64,000 bases of DNA from Bacteroidia bacterium. Lineage in GTDB: Bacteria > Bacteroidota > Bacteroidia > M30B66. The notes under the pieces were generated by a model, which was given only the letters and a program-made list of their open reading frames with translations, searched no databases and had not been told where the DNA came from. How positions within the stretch are numbered: the first letter of the stretch is position 1; each line of letters starts with the position of its first letter. Both the position numbers and the translations under genes were made by a program. Positions 49,648-59,434 of the stretch are shown piece by piece. The DNA lies in assembly GCA_965279035.1 (NCBI GenBank), contig OZ257142.1:320001-384000 (forward strand), written 5' to 3'.

Positions 49648-50943
49648 TTAAATCTCCTTTAGTTTTAATATACTGGCTCTTAATGCTTGAATTACTTCTG
49701 GGATTTCTTCAGAAGAAGACGTTCCAACAGAAAGTCTATACCAAGGAGAATTCTGAGGAGATCCAAATGCATAAAAAGGAACCAATGCAACGCCAGCTTC
49801 ATCCAAAATATATTTTGTTGTATCTGCCGTTGATTCTAAACGCTTTCCTTGTGGTGTTATCTTCCCGCTTAAATAAATTAAAACAGTAAGATAAATGGCT
49901 GCCTGAGGAGCAACTGCATCAACAGGAAAACCTTCCCTTTTTAAGGCATTAAATCCATCATAAAAAGCAAGTAATCGACGATACAGACGTTCTTTCAAAT
50001 GAATCAAATAGGAATCAACTTTTGAACTGTTTTTTAAATATTCTGCCGTTGCAACTTGCTCCGCTTTTGGAGCCCAAGCACCAATATGGCCGAGAATGCT
50101 TTTCATTCGATCAATTATAAATGAAGGACCAAATGCCCATCCAACGCGAACGCCAGTTGCAGCAAATGACTTTGATATACCATCGATGAATACTGTATAA
50201 GGTCGCAATTCAGGTAGCAAAGAAATTGGATCAACATGTTCGGTGTTTCCAAATGTTAATGCCCAATAAATTTGATCATAAATCAAATACAGGGGTTTAG
50301 AACCTACAGGTCTTCTCTGATTTTCTTCAAGAACCAGTTTGCAAATATCCATTAATCCTTCTTTGGTAAATGTTGTACCAGTGGGATTTAAGGGGGAACA
50401 AAGAGCAAGTAGACATGCGTCACTTAGGTGATCTTTAAGCTCTTCGGCTGTTGGCATAAAATTGTTTTCAGGCCGAGTTTGGATCATTACAGCATTTGCC
50501 CCACTTAGGTGAGAATAATGATTATTATTCCATGAAGGAACTGGAAATACAACCTTGTCGCCTGGATCTACTATCGTTTGATAGGCCGCATAAATTAAAG
50601 GGCGAGCACCACTTGCAACTAAATATTCATTCGGGCTATAGTTCAATCCTTGCTTTAAGTGAATAAATGCAGAAATTGAATCTCTAAGTGATGAAATCCC
50701 ATTGGCGGCTGGATAATTTGTGTGATTTTCTTGGTATGCCTGAATGATTAAATCTCTAAGCAATTCGGGTATTGGAAAAATTGCAGGATCGAAATCTCCT
50801 ATAGTGAAATTAAATAGTGTATTCCCTTGCTTTATTTTTTCATTTATTTCACCTGCTAGTTTGATAATCTCAGACCCATGAAGAGTTGCAGCCATTTTAG
50901 AAATTGGAAGATCCAATTCTTCAACTATTTTTTCTTGATCCAT
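49648..50943 (-). CDS. PLP-dependent aminotransferase class I/II
   Basis: SPLNPTG, DQIY and ISKSFAATGVRVGW motifs. Probable start ATG 50943. Confidence 0.9.
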   Translation of the reverse strand: MDQEKIVEELDLPISKMAATLHGSEIIKLAGEINEKIKQGNTLFNFTIGDFDPAIFPIPELLRDLIIQAYQENHTNYPAANGISSLRDSISAFIHLKQGLNYSPNEYLVASGARPLIYAAYQTIVDPGDKVVFPVPSWNNNHYSHLSGANAVMIQTRPENNFMPTAEELKDHLSDACLLALCSPLNPTGTTFTKEGLMDICKLVLEENQRRPVGSKPLYLIYDQIYWALTFGNTEHVDPISLLPELRPYTVFIDGISKSFAATGVRVGWAFGPSFIIDRMKSILGHIGAWAPKAEQVATAEYLKNSSKVDSYLIHLKERLYRRLLAFYDGFNALKREGFPVDAVAPQAAIYLTVLIYLSGKITPQGKRLESTADTTKYILDEAGVALVPFYAFGSPQNSPWYRLSVGTSSSEEIPEVIQALRASILKLKEI

Positions 50944-50983
50944 TTCCTTTGCGCTTCTAAGAATGGGCAAGTTACAAATTCTT

Positions 50984-51604
50984 TCAGCCTACATCGGATA
51001 TCAGTTCAACTTCAGCCAATGGATTAATTAAATAATGCTTATTTGAACCAATCTCTTCACATCGAAAGTATTTTCTTCTTTGCTCCCCTTTTCTAAAAAT
51101 ACGACCTGTTTTGAGTTTGAATAATGCACTCATGGGTAAATCCTCAACAGTTAATGAAAAATTGCTGTCGAATTGCTTTAAAGACCTCATTAAATCCTCG
51201 TCAACACAACTACTTGCAGCCGGATTATTAATATACGTTTTAACATTCTTCAATACATCAGAAGGAAAAATTGAGTCCTGAAGAAATGGTATCATTAATC
51301 TTTTGAATTCGTTTTTCCATTCTATTCCGTGTGGCCGAACGCGATTATGATGGGTATTCCAAGTGGTGAAATGAGCAATTTCATGTATCAAGGTTATTAA
51401 AAAGGCATACTGATTTAAATTATAATTAATTGTTATAGTGTGTCCTCGATGTGTTCCGTGTGTAGGTCTAAAATCACCCAGTTTTGTTGCTCTTTCTTTA
51501 GTAATCTTTAAATGGATGCCATATTCAATTATCCATTCAACAATTAATTCAACGGCATTTTCAGGTATATATTTAATTAATACTTGAGTGTATTTCGCTT
51601 TCAT
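50984..51604 (-). CDS. SprT-like zinc metalloprotease
   Basis: TLIHEIAH and PHG.EWK motifs. Confidence 0.88.
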   Translation of the reverse strand: MKAKYTQVLIKYIPENAVELIVEWIIEYGIHLKITKERATKLGDFRPTHGTHRGHTITINYNLNQYAFLITLIHEIAHFTTWNTHHNRVRPHGIEWKNEFKRLMIPFLQDSIFPSDVLKNVKTYINNPAASSCVDEDLMRSLKQFDSNFSLTVEDLPMSALFKLKTGRIFRKGEQRRKYFRCEEIGSNKHYLINPLAEVELISDVG

Positions 51605-51822
51605 TCGTTTAACAAAGATGGAAAATCTTAAGATGTAAAAACCGTTTGAATAGTTAACATTTTCAATTGTTCTATTAGCATTTATTGTTAAACCATTACT
51701 GCTTAATAGAATAATTACATTTCACTATAATATTAGTCGGTAGTAAAATTTAAAGTAATTCTCTCGAAAAACAATTAACTACATCCTTGCTTTTTTGTAA
51801 CATTGGAATCCAACTCAATCCT

Positions 51823-52395
51823 ATGCGCTTTTATCTTAATTCTGGTTTTTTTGCCATCATAATTCTCCTCTTCTTCCTTCCTTTTATCGAAATTAAATGC
51901 AACGAATCAACCCTTGCTTCTATGAGCGGATTTGATTTAGCTACTGCGGGAGATATTTCAATGGAGGATCCTAGTATGGCTGAATATGTTAAGCAGAACA
52001 AAGAGTTTCAACAAATGAGTAATGAGAAGAAACGTCCTGATCCATTTACTATCAGCGTTTTGGTACTCTGTGTAGCAGGAGTCTTAATAAACGTGTTTTT
52101 GAAAAAATTTAAAGAGAGGCTTAGTATTGCTTTTTGCGCATTTAACATTGCTGTTTTGCTGCTTTTTAGGTATATTTTTCTCGATAAGTGGGATGAAAAA
52201 ATGCCCGATTCATCTGAGCTTGGTGGGTTTATTAAAATTAGCGCCGAGTTTGTTTCTGGATTTTGGATGGTTATTATTTCCTCATTTATTCTCCTTTTTT
52301 TAAATGGCTATTATTTATGGAGTAATAAAAAGGATCGCTATTCAACGGTATATGACCCTACAATTCCAGAGCCGGATACGCTTAATGAAGTTTAA
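51823..52395 (+). CDS. hypothetical membrane protein
   Basis: About four hydrophobic helices; FFLPF..I.C...SGF.L motif. Confidence 0.7.
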   Translation: MRFYLNSGFFAIIILLFFLPFIEIKCNESTLASMSGFDLATAGDISMEDPSMAEYVKQNKEFQQMSNEKKRPDPFTISVLVLCVAGVLINVFLKKFKERLSIAFCAFNIAVLLLFRYIFLDKWDEKMPDSSELGGFIKISAEFVSGFWMVIISSFILLFLNGYYLWSNKKDRYSTVYDPTIPEPDTLNEV

Positions 52396-52398
52396 AAA

Positions 52399-52923
52399 TT
52401 ATCGATACGTTCCATAAGAAATAAAATGTGAATTATAATAGGGTTCCTTAAGTCCGTTTATGACAACTCCTTTTTTAGTGCTTGCATGGATAAAATAATC
52501 CTCTGTTATATGCATTCCAACATGAGAAACTTTGTTCCCTTCGATCGTGAAAAAAAGTAAATCTCCTTCAAGTAAATTATTTTTCTCAATTTTTCTTGCT
52601 TTCTGCGACATCGCTAATGATGTTCTCTCTAGCTGTATTTTGAAAACCTTCAAATAAATACTCGAAACAAAACCAGAACAATCTGTTCCCGAAATGGAAC
52701 TTCCTCCATATTTATATGGTGTGCCAATCCATTCAGATATGGCTTTAATAAACTCTATATTAACAGTATTAGGTAGATGAATACCTAATTTATGCTCATA
52801 AAATGAAAGGTCGGATTTGTTATTTGATCTAGTGGTATGATTCGGACGATTCGTTCTACACGAACTAATGAATCCAATAAATAGTATAAAAAAGATTGCT
52901 CTTATTTGAAAATTCTGTTGCAT
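52399..52923 (-). CDS. NlpC/P60 (C40) lipoprotein peptidase
   Basis: Lipobox ISSC; GTPY.YGG....DCSGF, GDLLFF, HVG and HAS motifs. Confidence 0.93.
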   Translation of the reverse strand: MQQNFQIRAIFFILFIGFISSCRTNRPNHTTRSNNKSDLSFYEHKLGIHLPNTVNIEFIKAISEWIGTPYKYGGSSISGTDCSGFVSSIYLKVFKIQLERTSLAMSQKARKIEKNNLLEGDLLFFTIEGNKVSHVGMHITEDYFIHASTKKGVVINGLKEPYYNSHFISYGTYR

Positions 52924-52924
52924 T

Positions 52925-54487
52925 TCAAAAAACATACGGGTTTTTCTGAATCAAATTTTCGAAATCAACAGGTTCAAATTCGGGAAATACCTTAATTCCA
53001 TCGTAATTCTTTTCAACCCCTTGATCAAAATATATTGTTATTAATGGCATTCCATCTTCAAAATAGCGCGTCCAGCTACCCTGTCTTTTTCCATTTTCGT
53101 ATTTCCCTTCCCATTTAATTTGGCCGTTCGTATACCAACTCTGATGGCGACCTTCTGGAATTCCGTCACTAAATTTTCCCGAAAATGATTTAGCCCCATT
53201 TTCATAATAATGGGTCCATGTACCATTCATTTTACCTGCTGTATAATTTCCGTATATCAATTGGTTGCCATCTTTATAATACCATTTTCCCTCTCTTTCT
53301 CCATCAATAAATTCTCCTTTAGAAAGGGTATCTCCATTTTCAAAAAACTCGGTTGAAAACCCATCTTCTTTCCCAGATAGATAATTTTCTTCCCTTAATA
53401 ATTTACCGCTTTCATAATACCATCGCCATGTTCCATTAGGCTTCCCTTTCACATAATTCCCCGATTGTTCTATTTTCCCGTCACTGAAAAAATAATTCCA
53501 TAGCCCTGTTTTTTGATCGTCAATATAATTCCCCTTCGCTTTAAGCTCTCCACTCAAATAAAATTCCTCCCAAGGCCCTTGTTTCAGATTGTTCTGATCG
53601 ACCTTTCCTCGTGCGCTTAAAAACCCATTTTCATACAATTCTGCATCGTTATTCATCCCTAACGAATCGAACGTTAAATGCATCCCAACCGGAAGATTAT
53701 TTGAATAGGATCCCATCGAACTTACTTTTCCTCCAGGAAAATATTTTTTCCTAACTTCTACACGAGTCAGTTCAATCGCATCTTTTTGTAAAACATCGTG
53801 TATGTATTTCTCAATTAGTATTAAATTACCTCTGCTATCATACTCCTTGAGATAGCCTTGCTTTAAGCCATCTTCATATTGTGTTTCTCGTTTGCTCGAA
53901 TAATCTGAATATAATTCAACCCACAAGCCCGTCTTTTGATTGGCTTTATTAAAGCGGTTTATGCGCAGCTGTTTATATAGTACACCTTGTTTATAATCGT
54001 ACAAAGTGATTGGAATTCCTTCTTCTGAAAACTCAACAGCCCTTCCCTCTTCCTTTCCATCTTTAAAAAACACACGCACTTTCTCTTTTCCCGAATCGTA
54101 ATATTGAATCGACCATCCTTGTTTAATATCATCTTTAAATTCCTCTTGATAAAGCAATTGCTCCTTTTCTCCAAACTGCTTTCTTAATCCTGACTTTTTC
54201 CCTTCAATAAAAGAGATGCTCGTTTTTAATTTTGACTTTGCGCCATAAAATTTCCATATACTATCTGATAATCCTTCTTTTAAGTTTCCTTGTGATTTTA
54301 ATGTTCCATCTTCAAAATAGTTTATCCACAACCCATTTGGTTTGTTTTTAACCATCCAGCCTTCGCTTGAAATTGCCCCATTTGAATAATAATAAACAAC
54401 TTTTTCCCTCGCCAAATTTACTTGGGAAAAAACTGTATTTGAAAAACACAATCCCAAGAAAATTAAATGAATGAAAAGACTTTTCAT
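52925..54487 (-). CDS. MORN-variant repeat protein (YwqK-like), secreted
   Basis: Many G.W..YY..G.L...G.Y..G repeats; signal peptide ending VFS-Q. Confidence 0.88.
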   Translation of the reverse strand: MKSLFIHLIFLGLCFSNTVFSQVNLAREKVVYYYSNGAISSEGWMVKNKPNGLWINYFEDGTLKSQGNLKEGLSDSIWKFYGAKSKLKTSISFIEGKKSGLRKQFGEKEQLLYQEEFKDDIKQGWSIQYYDSGKEKVRVFFKDGKEEGRAVEFSEEGIPITLYDYKQGVLYKQLRINRFNKANQKTGLWVELYSDYSSKRETQYEDGLKQGYLKEYDSRGNLILIEKYIHDVLQKDAIELTRVEVRKKYFPGGKVSSMGSYSNNLPVGMHLTFDSLGMNNDAELYENGFLSARGKVDQNNLKQGPWEEFYLSGELKAKGNYIDDQKTGLWNYFFSDGKIEQSGNYVKGKPNGTWRWYYESGKLLREENYLSGKEDGFSTEFFENGDTLSKGEFIDGEREGKWYYKDGNQLIYGNYTAGKMNGTWTHYYENGAKSFSGKFSDGIPEGRHQSWYTNGQIKWEGKYENGKRQGSWTRYFEDGMPLITIYFDQGVEKNYDGIKVFPEFEPVDFENLIQKNPYVF

Positions 54488-54489
54488 AC

Positions 54490-57414
54490 TTAATAGCCGA
54501 AAATTTCTTTCAAAGAAAGTTCTTTTACTTTCCCATATTTAGCTAATTTCTTTTTGGGAATACGAGCGGAGGAGCCAACAATAAATAGATTGAATGGCTT
54601 TCCTGAAAAATGAGTTAAATGAAAAGCATTGACATCATTTATATTCATGCTCGGAACTTTTAAATAAATGTCTTTTCTAATATCATGTTCTATTCCTAAT
54701 CGGTTTGCTGACAGAAAATTGAACATGATTGATTCTTTTTGAATTCTATCCGATTCGATTTGACTTACTAATGCCGATTTTGATCCATTGAACAATATCT
54801 CAGATTGGGGCATCGTCTTTAATAAATCGTCCATTGCATAAATTGCTGAATCTAATTTATCGGCTTGAGTTCCAATATATGCACCTGCCATATTAGGTTG
54901 AGTTTTAGAATTTGGTCTTGAAAAATACGCATAGCTTGAATATGCAAGCGCCTTCGATTCTCTGATTGTTTGAAAAACAACAGATGACATTCCGCCCCCA
55001 AAATATTCGTTAAACAATGAAATAGATGGCTGTTCAGTGATAGAATAAGCACCTTCATTTCTTAACCATCCTATTTCAGCCTGAACCATATCATAGTGAG
55101 TAAAAAATACTTTTCGTTCCTTATTCTCCAAGGAGTTAAAAACATGAGCAGGAGGAATTTGCTTAAAATTTTCCGGTGCTTTATGATAGGTTTTTAGATA
55201 ATTAATTAGGTCTTTATTTTCTAATGGCCCATAATACAGAACATGATGAGGATAAGATGTTAAACCATGAAGTATCTCAGTTAGTTCAGATGCTTTTAAG
55301 CGATTAAGTTTTTTAGTACTCAATAACCATGTTTGAGGATTTAATTTACCATACCGTGCATAATTACTAAGCGCAGAACGAATAGCATATTTATTTTGTT
55401 TAGCATCGATTCGTTCTTGTAATTCATTCGAAATCATCGATTCTAAAGCTTTTTGATCAGCTTGAGCAGTTGAAAGTAAATGTTCTAATGTGGATAAAGC
55501 CCGTTCAAATTTTTCCTGAGGTCCAGTCAAACTAACATAAATCTGTTCATTGCTTGCAAATACGTTGAAATTACATCCAAGCGAGAAAAATTCCTTAGAA
55601 ACTTCTTCGGCGTTTAATTTTGAAGTACCTAAAAATTCTAATAAATGAATCGCTTCAGGGATTTTTAAATCACTAAATCGTCCAAATTCAAATACATAAT
55701 AAATTGAAAATAACGTGTTTTCTGTATTTCTAACGGATAATAATTTAACTCCTGAATTTATATCAACTGAACTGAAATCTTTTTGATAATCCAGAAATAC
55801 CGGCTTAATTGGTTTAGCTTCATTATCGAAAATATCCTTTGCGAAATGAGACATTGAATTTCTATTGACTTCAACAGGAGTAATTTCAGGCTTTTCAATC
55901 TTCGTAATATTTGTATCTATTCCTTCTCTTTTATAAACAACAGAATAATTTCTGTTTAACCACTTCTTAGAAAAAAATTGTATTTCTTCCTTTTTAACTT
56001 TACTCATATTACTTGATTCAGCAACAACATCAACCCATTTTCTATTTTGAAGAAAAGCATTAAGCATTTTATACGCTCGGGAAGAATTATTTTCATTTGA
56101 TTTCATCTCATCAACTTCTTTGTTTAAGACAATTGCAGCTAATGATTTCTGATCAAATTTTCCTTGATGAAGAGAATCTAGTTGTCCAAGCATAAGTGCT
56201 TTTACATCTTCCAATGATTGTCCTGTTTTAGGCCTACCCTCCATGAATAAAACACTATAATCTTTCAAATTATAAATACCAGCAGAAGCACTTAATACTT
56301 TCTGTTTTTTTACCAAGTTCAAATCAAATAATCCAGCCGAAGAATTACTTAATAACATATCAACAACTCTCATCATTGAAGCTTCATTACTATTCGCTCC
56401 TGGTAAACGAAATCCAATAACAACCGATGGACTCTCTGGCCCTAAAATATTTATTTCCTCTATTTTTTTATCTTCACTTTCCGGTTTAAAATCAAAGCCT
56501 GGAACTGCTTTACTTGGAAATTTACCAAAACTTGATTCTATTAAAGCCAGTGTTTCTTCTGGATCAAAATTTCCAGCAATGCTTATAACCATGTTATTAG
56601 GAACATACCAAGAATTATAATATTCTCTAATTTTTTTTAATGATGGGTTTTTTAAATGCTCTATAGTACCAATGGTTGTTTGTGTACCATAAGTGTGAGT
56701 TTTAAATAATGAAGCAAACAATGCCTCAAAAACCTTATCACCATCAGAATCTAAGGATATATTTTTTTCTTCATATACCGCTTCTAATTCAGTGTGAAAT
56801 AAACGTAAAATTGGATTTCTAAATCGTTCCGATTCTATACTAATCCAATCCGCAATACGATTACTCGGAATATCATTGATATAAACTGTTTCGTCAAAAG
56901 ATGTATAAGCATTTGTTCCTTTAGCACCTATATGTTGGAGCATTTTATCATACTCATTAGCAATTGCATATTTTGCAGCTAACCCAGAAGTAGCATCTAT
57001 ATTTCTATAAATATCTTTTCTCTTTTTACTATCTTTTGTTTTACTGTATTCAACATACAATGAATCTATTTGATCCAAGTAAATCTTCTCTTTTGAATAA
57101 TCAAGAGATCCAAATTTGTCGGTTCCTTTAAAAAGCATATGCTCTAAATAATGAGCTAATCCTGTTGCGTCTTTTGGATCGTTTTTACTTCCTGCCTTAA
57201 CAGCTATACAAGTATAAACTCGAGGAGCTGTTTTATTCATCGACATTAGAACAGTTAATCCATTTTTTAAAACATATGTTCGCGCTTTAATTGGATCGCC
57301 CGTTACATATGAATATTTATATCCATGAGCTGAATCAATTTCCGTTTTAAACGATTGACCAATAATTGGAATTGAAAAAGAAATAAATAGAAAAGCAGTA
57401 AAAATTGAACGCAT
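54490..57414 (-). CDS. M16 family zinc peptidase
   Basis: GLAHYLEHM.FKGT, NAYTS.D.T.Y and IRESKALAY motifs. Confidence 0.94.
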   Translation of the reverse strand: MRSIFTAFLFISFSIPIIGQSFKTEIDSAHGYKYSYVTGDPIKARTYVLKNGLTVLMSMNKTAPRVYTCIAVKAGSKNDPKDATGLAHYLEHMLFKGTDKFGSLDYSKEKIYLDQIDSLYVEYSKTKDSKKRKDIYRNIDATSGLAAKYAIANEYDKMLQHIGAKGTNAYTSFDETVYINDIPSNRIADWISIESERFRNPILRLFHTELEAVYEEKNISLDSDGDKVFEALFASLFKTHTYGTQTTIGTIEHLKNPSLKKIREYYNSWYVPNNMVISIAGNFDPEETLALIESSFGKFPSKAVPGFDFKPESEDKKIEEINILGPESPSVVIGFRLPGANSNEASMMRVVDMLLSNSSAGLFDLNLVKKQKVLSASAGIYNLKDYSVLFMEGRPKTGQSLEDVKALMLGQLDSLHQGKFDQKSLAAIVLNKEVDEMKSNENNSSRAYKMLNAFLQNRKWVDVVAESSNMSKVKKEEIQFFSKKWLNRNYSVVYKREGIDTNITKIEKPEITPVEVNRNSMSHFAKDIFDNEAKPIKPVFLDYQKDFSSVDINSGVKLLSVRNTENTLFSIYYVFEFGRFSDLKIPEAIHLLEFLGTSKLNAEEVSKEFFSLGCNFNVFASNEQIYVSLTGPQEKFERALSTLEHLLSTAQADQKALESMISNELQERIDAKQNKYAIRSALSNYARYGKLNPQTWLLSTKKLNRLKASELTEILHGLTSYPHHVLYYGPLENKDLINYLKTYHKAPENFKQIPPAHVFNSLENKERKVFFTHYDMVQAEIGWLRNEGAYSITEQPSISLFNEYFGGGMSSVVFQTIRESKALAYSSYAYFSRPNSKTQPNMAGAYIGTQADKLDSAIYAMDDLLKTMPQSEILFNGSKSALVSQIESDRIQKESIMFNFLSANRLGIEHDIRKDIYLKVPSMNINDVNAFHLTHFSGKPFNLFIVGSSARIPKKKLAKYGKVKELSLKEIFGY

Positions 57415-57436
57415 TATTTTGTTTTTGAAAGGATAA

Positions 57437-58390
57437 TTAAAGACCTAGACTGGCTGATAAATCAAGCATTCTCCTTATTGATTGTTCAGCAGGAACGCGA
57501 ATTTTTTCATCCATTACTATTTCTGGAGTTTCATTTTTCATACACAAATACACTTTTTCTAGTGTATTTAATTTCATATGAGGACAATCATTACAAGCAC
57601 ATTCATTATTTGGAGGTGCAGGAATAAAGGTTTTATGTGGAGATTGTTTTGACATTTGATGTAAAATTCCACTTTCGGTAGCAACAATAAAAGTGTTTGC
57701 ACTATTCTGCTCAGTATATTTTAATAAAGCAGTAGTAGATCCAATAAAATTTGCCATTTCTAAAATTGGAACTTCACATTCGGGATGAGCAATAATAAGA
57801 GCGTCGGGATAACGGAGTTTGAGTTTAACAATTTTTTCCCGAGAAAATAGTTCGTGAACCATACATGCTCCATCCCAAAGTAACATATCTCTCCCTGTTT
57901 TTTCCATTACCCATCTTCCTAAATTTTTATCCGGAGCAAAAATAATTTTCTGCTCTTTCGGTAAACTATTAACAATTTGAACAGCATTGGAAGAGGTACA
58001 AACAATATCGGTTAAAGCTTTAATTTCTGCAGTACAATTAATGTATGAAATAACAATATGATCTGGATTTGCTTTTATAAATGCAGAAAAGCGATCGGTA
58101 GGACAACTATCAGCTAAAGAACATCCAGCTTTAATATCTGGTAAAACTACCTTTTTTTGAGGACAAAGTATTTTAGCTGTTTCTGCCATAAAATGGACAC
58201 CTGCAAAAACGATCATAGATGCATCTGTTTTTGCTGCTTGTTGAGAAAGCCCTAAACTATCTCCAATATAATCGGCAATATCCTGAATATCAGAATCCTG
58301 ATAGTAATGAGCTAAAACAATTGCATTTTTCTCTTTTTTAAATCGTTCGATTTCTTCAAAAAGATTTAAGTGTGGATCAATTACATTCAT
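57437..58390 (-). CDS. nadA: quinolinate synthase
   Basis: LAHYYQ, GDSLGL, GVHFMAE, AGCSLA, HPEC and C..MK motifs. Confidence 0.97.
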   Translation of the reverse strand: MNVIDPHLNLFEEIERFKKEKNAIVLAHYYQDSDIQDIADYIGDSLGLSQQAAKTDASMIVFAGVHFMAETAKILCPQKKVVLPDIKAGCSLADSCPTDRFSAFIKANPDHIVISYINCTAEIKALTDIVCTSSNAVQIVNSLPKEQKIIFAPDKNLGRWVMEKTGRDMLLWDGACMVHELFSREKIVKLKLRYPDALIIAHPECEVPILEMANFIGSTTALLKYTEQNSANTFIVATESGILHQMSKQSPHKTFIPAPPNNECACNDCPHMKLNTLEKVYLCMKNETPEIVMDEKIRVPAEQSIRRMLDLSASLGL

Positions 58391-58934
58391 AAAAACGCCG
58401 ATTTCAGAATTATTCCATTTTCAGATATACATACTATTATATTCTTTTTAAAAGTCTTAAAGAAAACTAACAATAATAGATAGCCTGTTAATACTGTTGG
58501 AACTTTTTCAAGAGAACATTTGGTATTGATGTTTTAAAAAGTTTGTTGACACAAAATTAACATGTTATTCTGGGTAAAGACAGATGAATTACAGATAAAT
58601 AGCTGCTTTTTAACAATTGGTGTATATGTTATTCACAGGATATTTTTATCACTTCTCTATTTCCCCGTTCTGTTAGCTTTATGTTATCAGAATGATAAGT
58701 GAAAAGCATCTTTTTCTATTGACTTATATACTCTGATATTATAAGGCAACAAATTTCTATGAATGTCAATGGAGTATTGTTAGTACTTATTCTCTATTCA
58801 TTAACAACAATTAACAGAAATCCTGTTAACTCTTTTCGTAGATATGATCTGATAATCAAGTACAAATCTTTTATACTTTTTTTGGAATGTTCATTTCTCT
58901 TCATTAAGAGCGCTAACTTTGTAAAAAAAAAGAA
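58391..58934. other. candidate replication origin (oriC)
   Basis: AT-rich 544-nt gap; TTATTCACA at 58629-58637 plus many relaxed TTAACA/TCAACA boxes. Gene orientation switches here, and parS and mnmG lie 5 kb away. Confidence 0.6.
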
Positions 58935-59363
58935 ATGGATATTGCTTTAGGTTCAGATCATGCTGGCTACGAAATGAAATTACTTGTTAGAGCTAAACTC
59001 TTGGATTTAGGACATACAGTTGCCGATTATGGAACTCATTCACCTGAAAGTATGGATTATCCAGATGTTGCTCATCCAGTTGCAATAAGTGTTGAACAAG
59101 GAGAATGTGAATTTGGTATTCTTTTATGCGGAAGTGCTAATGGTGTTGCAATGACTGCTAATAAACATAAAGGAATTCGTGCAGCAATTTGTTGGAACGA
59201 AGAAATTGCCATTTTAGCTAGGCAACATAATAATGCAAATATTTTATGTTTACCAGCAAGATATATTACAGTTGACGAAACAATAAAGATAGTGAACTCG
59301 TTTTTAATCATTCAATTTGAAGGAGGACGGCATGAAAAACGGGTTGAAAAAATAGCTTGTTAA
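58935..59363 (+). CDS. rpiB: ribose-5-phosphate isomerase B
   Basis: SDHAG, DYPD, CGSANG, HNNAN and FEGGRH motifs. Confidence 0.96.
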   Translation: MDIALGSDHAGYEMKLLVRAKLLDLGHTVADYGTHSPESMDYPDVAHPVAISVEQGECEFGILLCGSANGVAMTANKHKGIRAAICWNEEIAILARQHNNANILCLPARYITVDETIKIVNSFLIIQFEGGRHEKRVEKIAC

Positions 59364-59434
59364 GTTTTAGCTGTTTTTAACATACTGGCTATATCAAACT
59401 CGTATTAATTTCGTTTATAGATTTAGTGTACCCG

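Noticed and set aside
52925-54487. Toxin-antitoxin system (YwqK antitoxin label)
   Set aside because: It is a signal-peptide MORN-variant repeat protein with no adjacent toxin gene.
58759-58950. 63-aa ORF upstream of rpiB
   Set aside because: Low-complexity AT-rich translation within the oriC candidate, overlapping the rpiB promoter and start.
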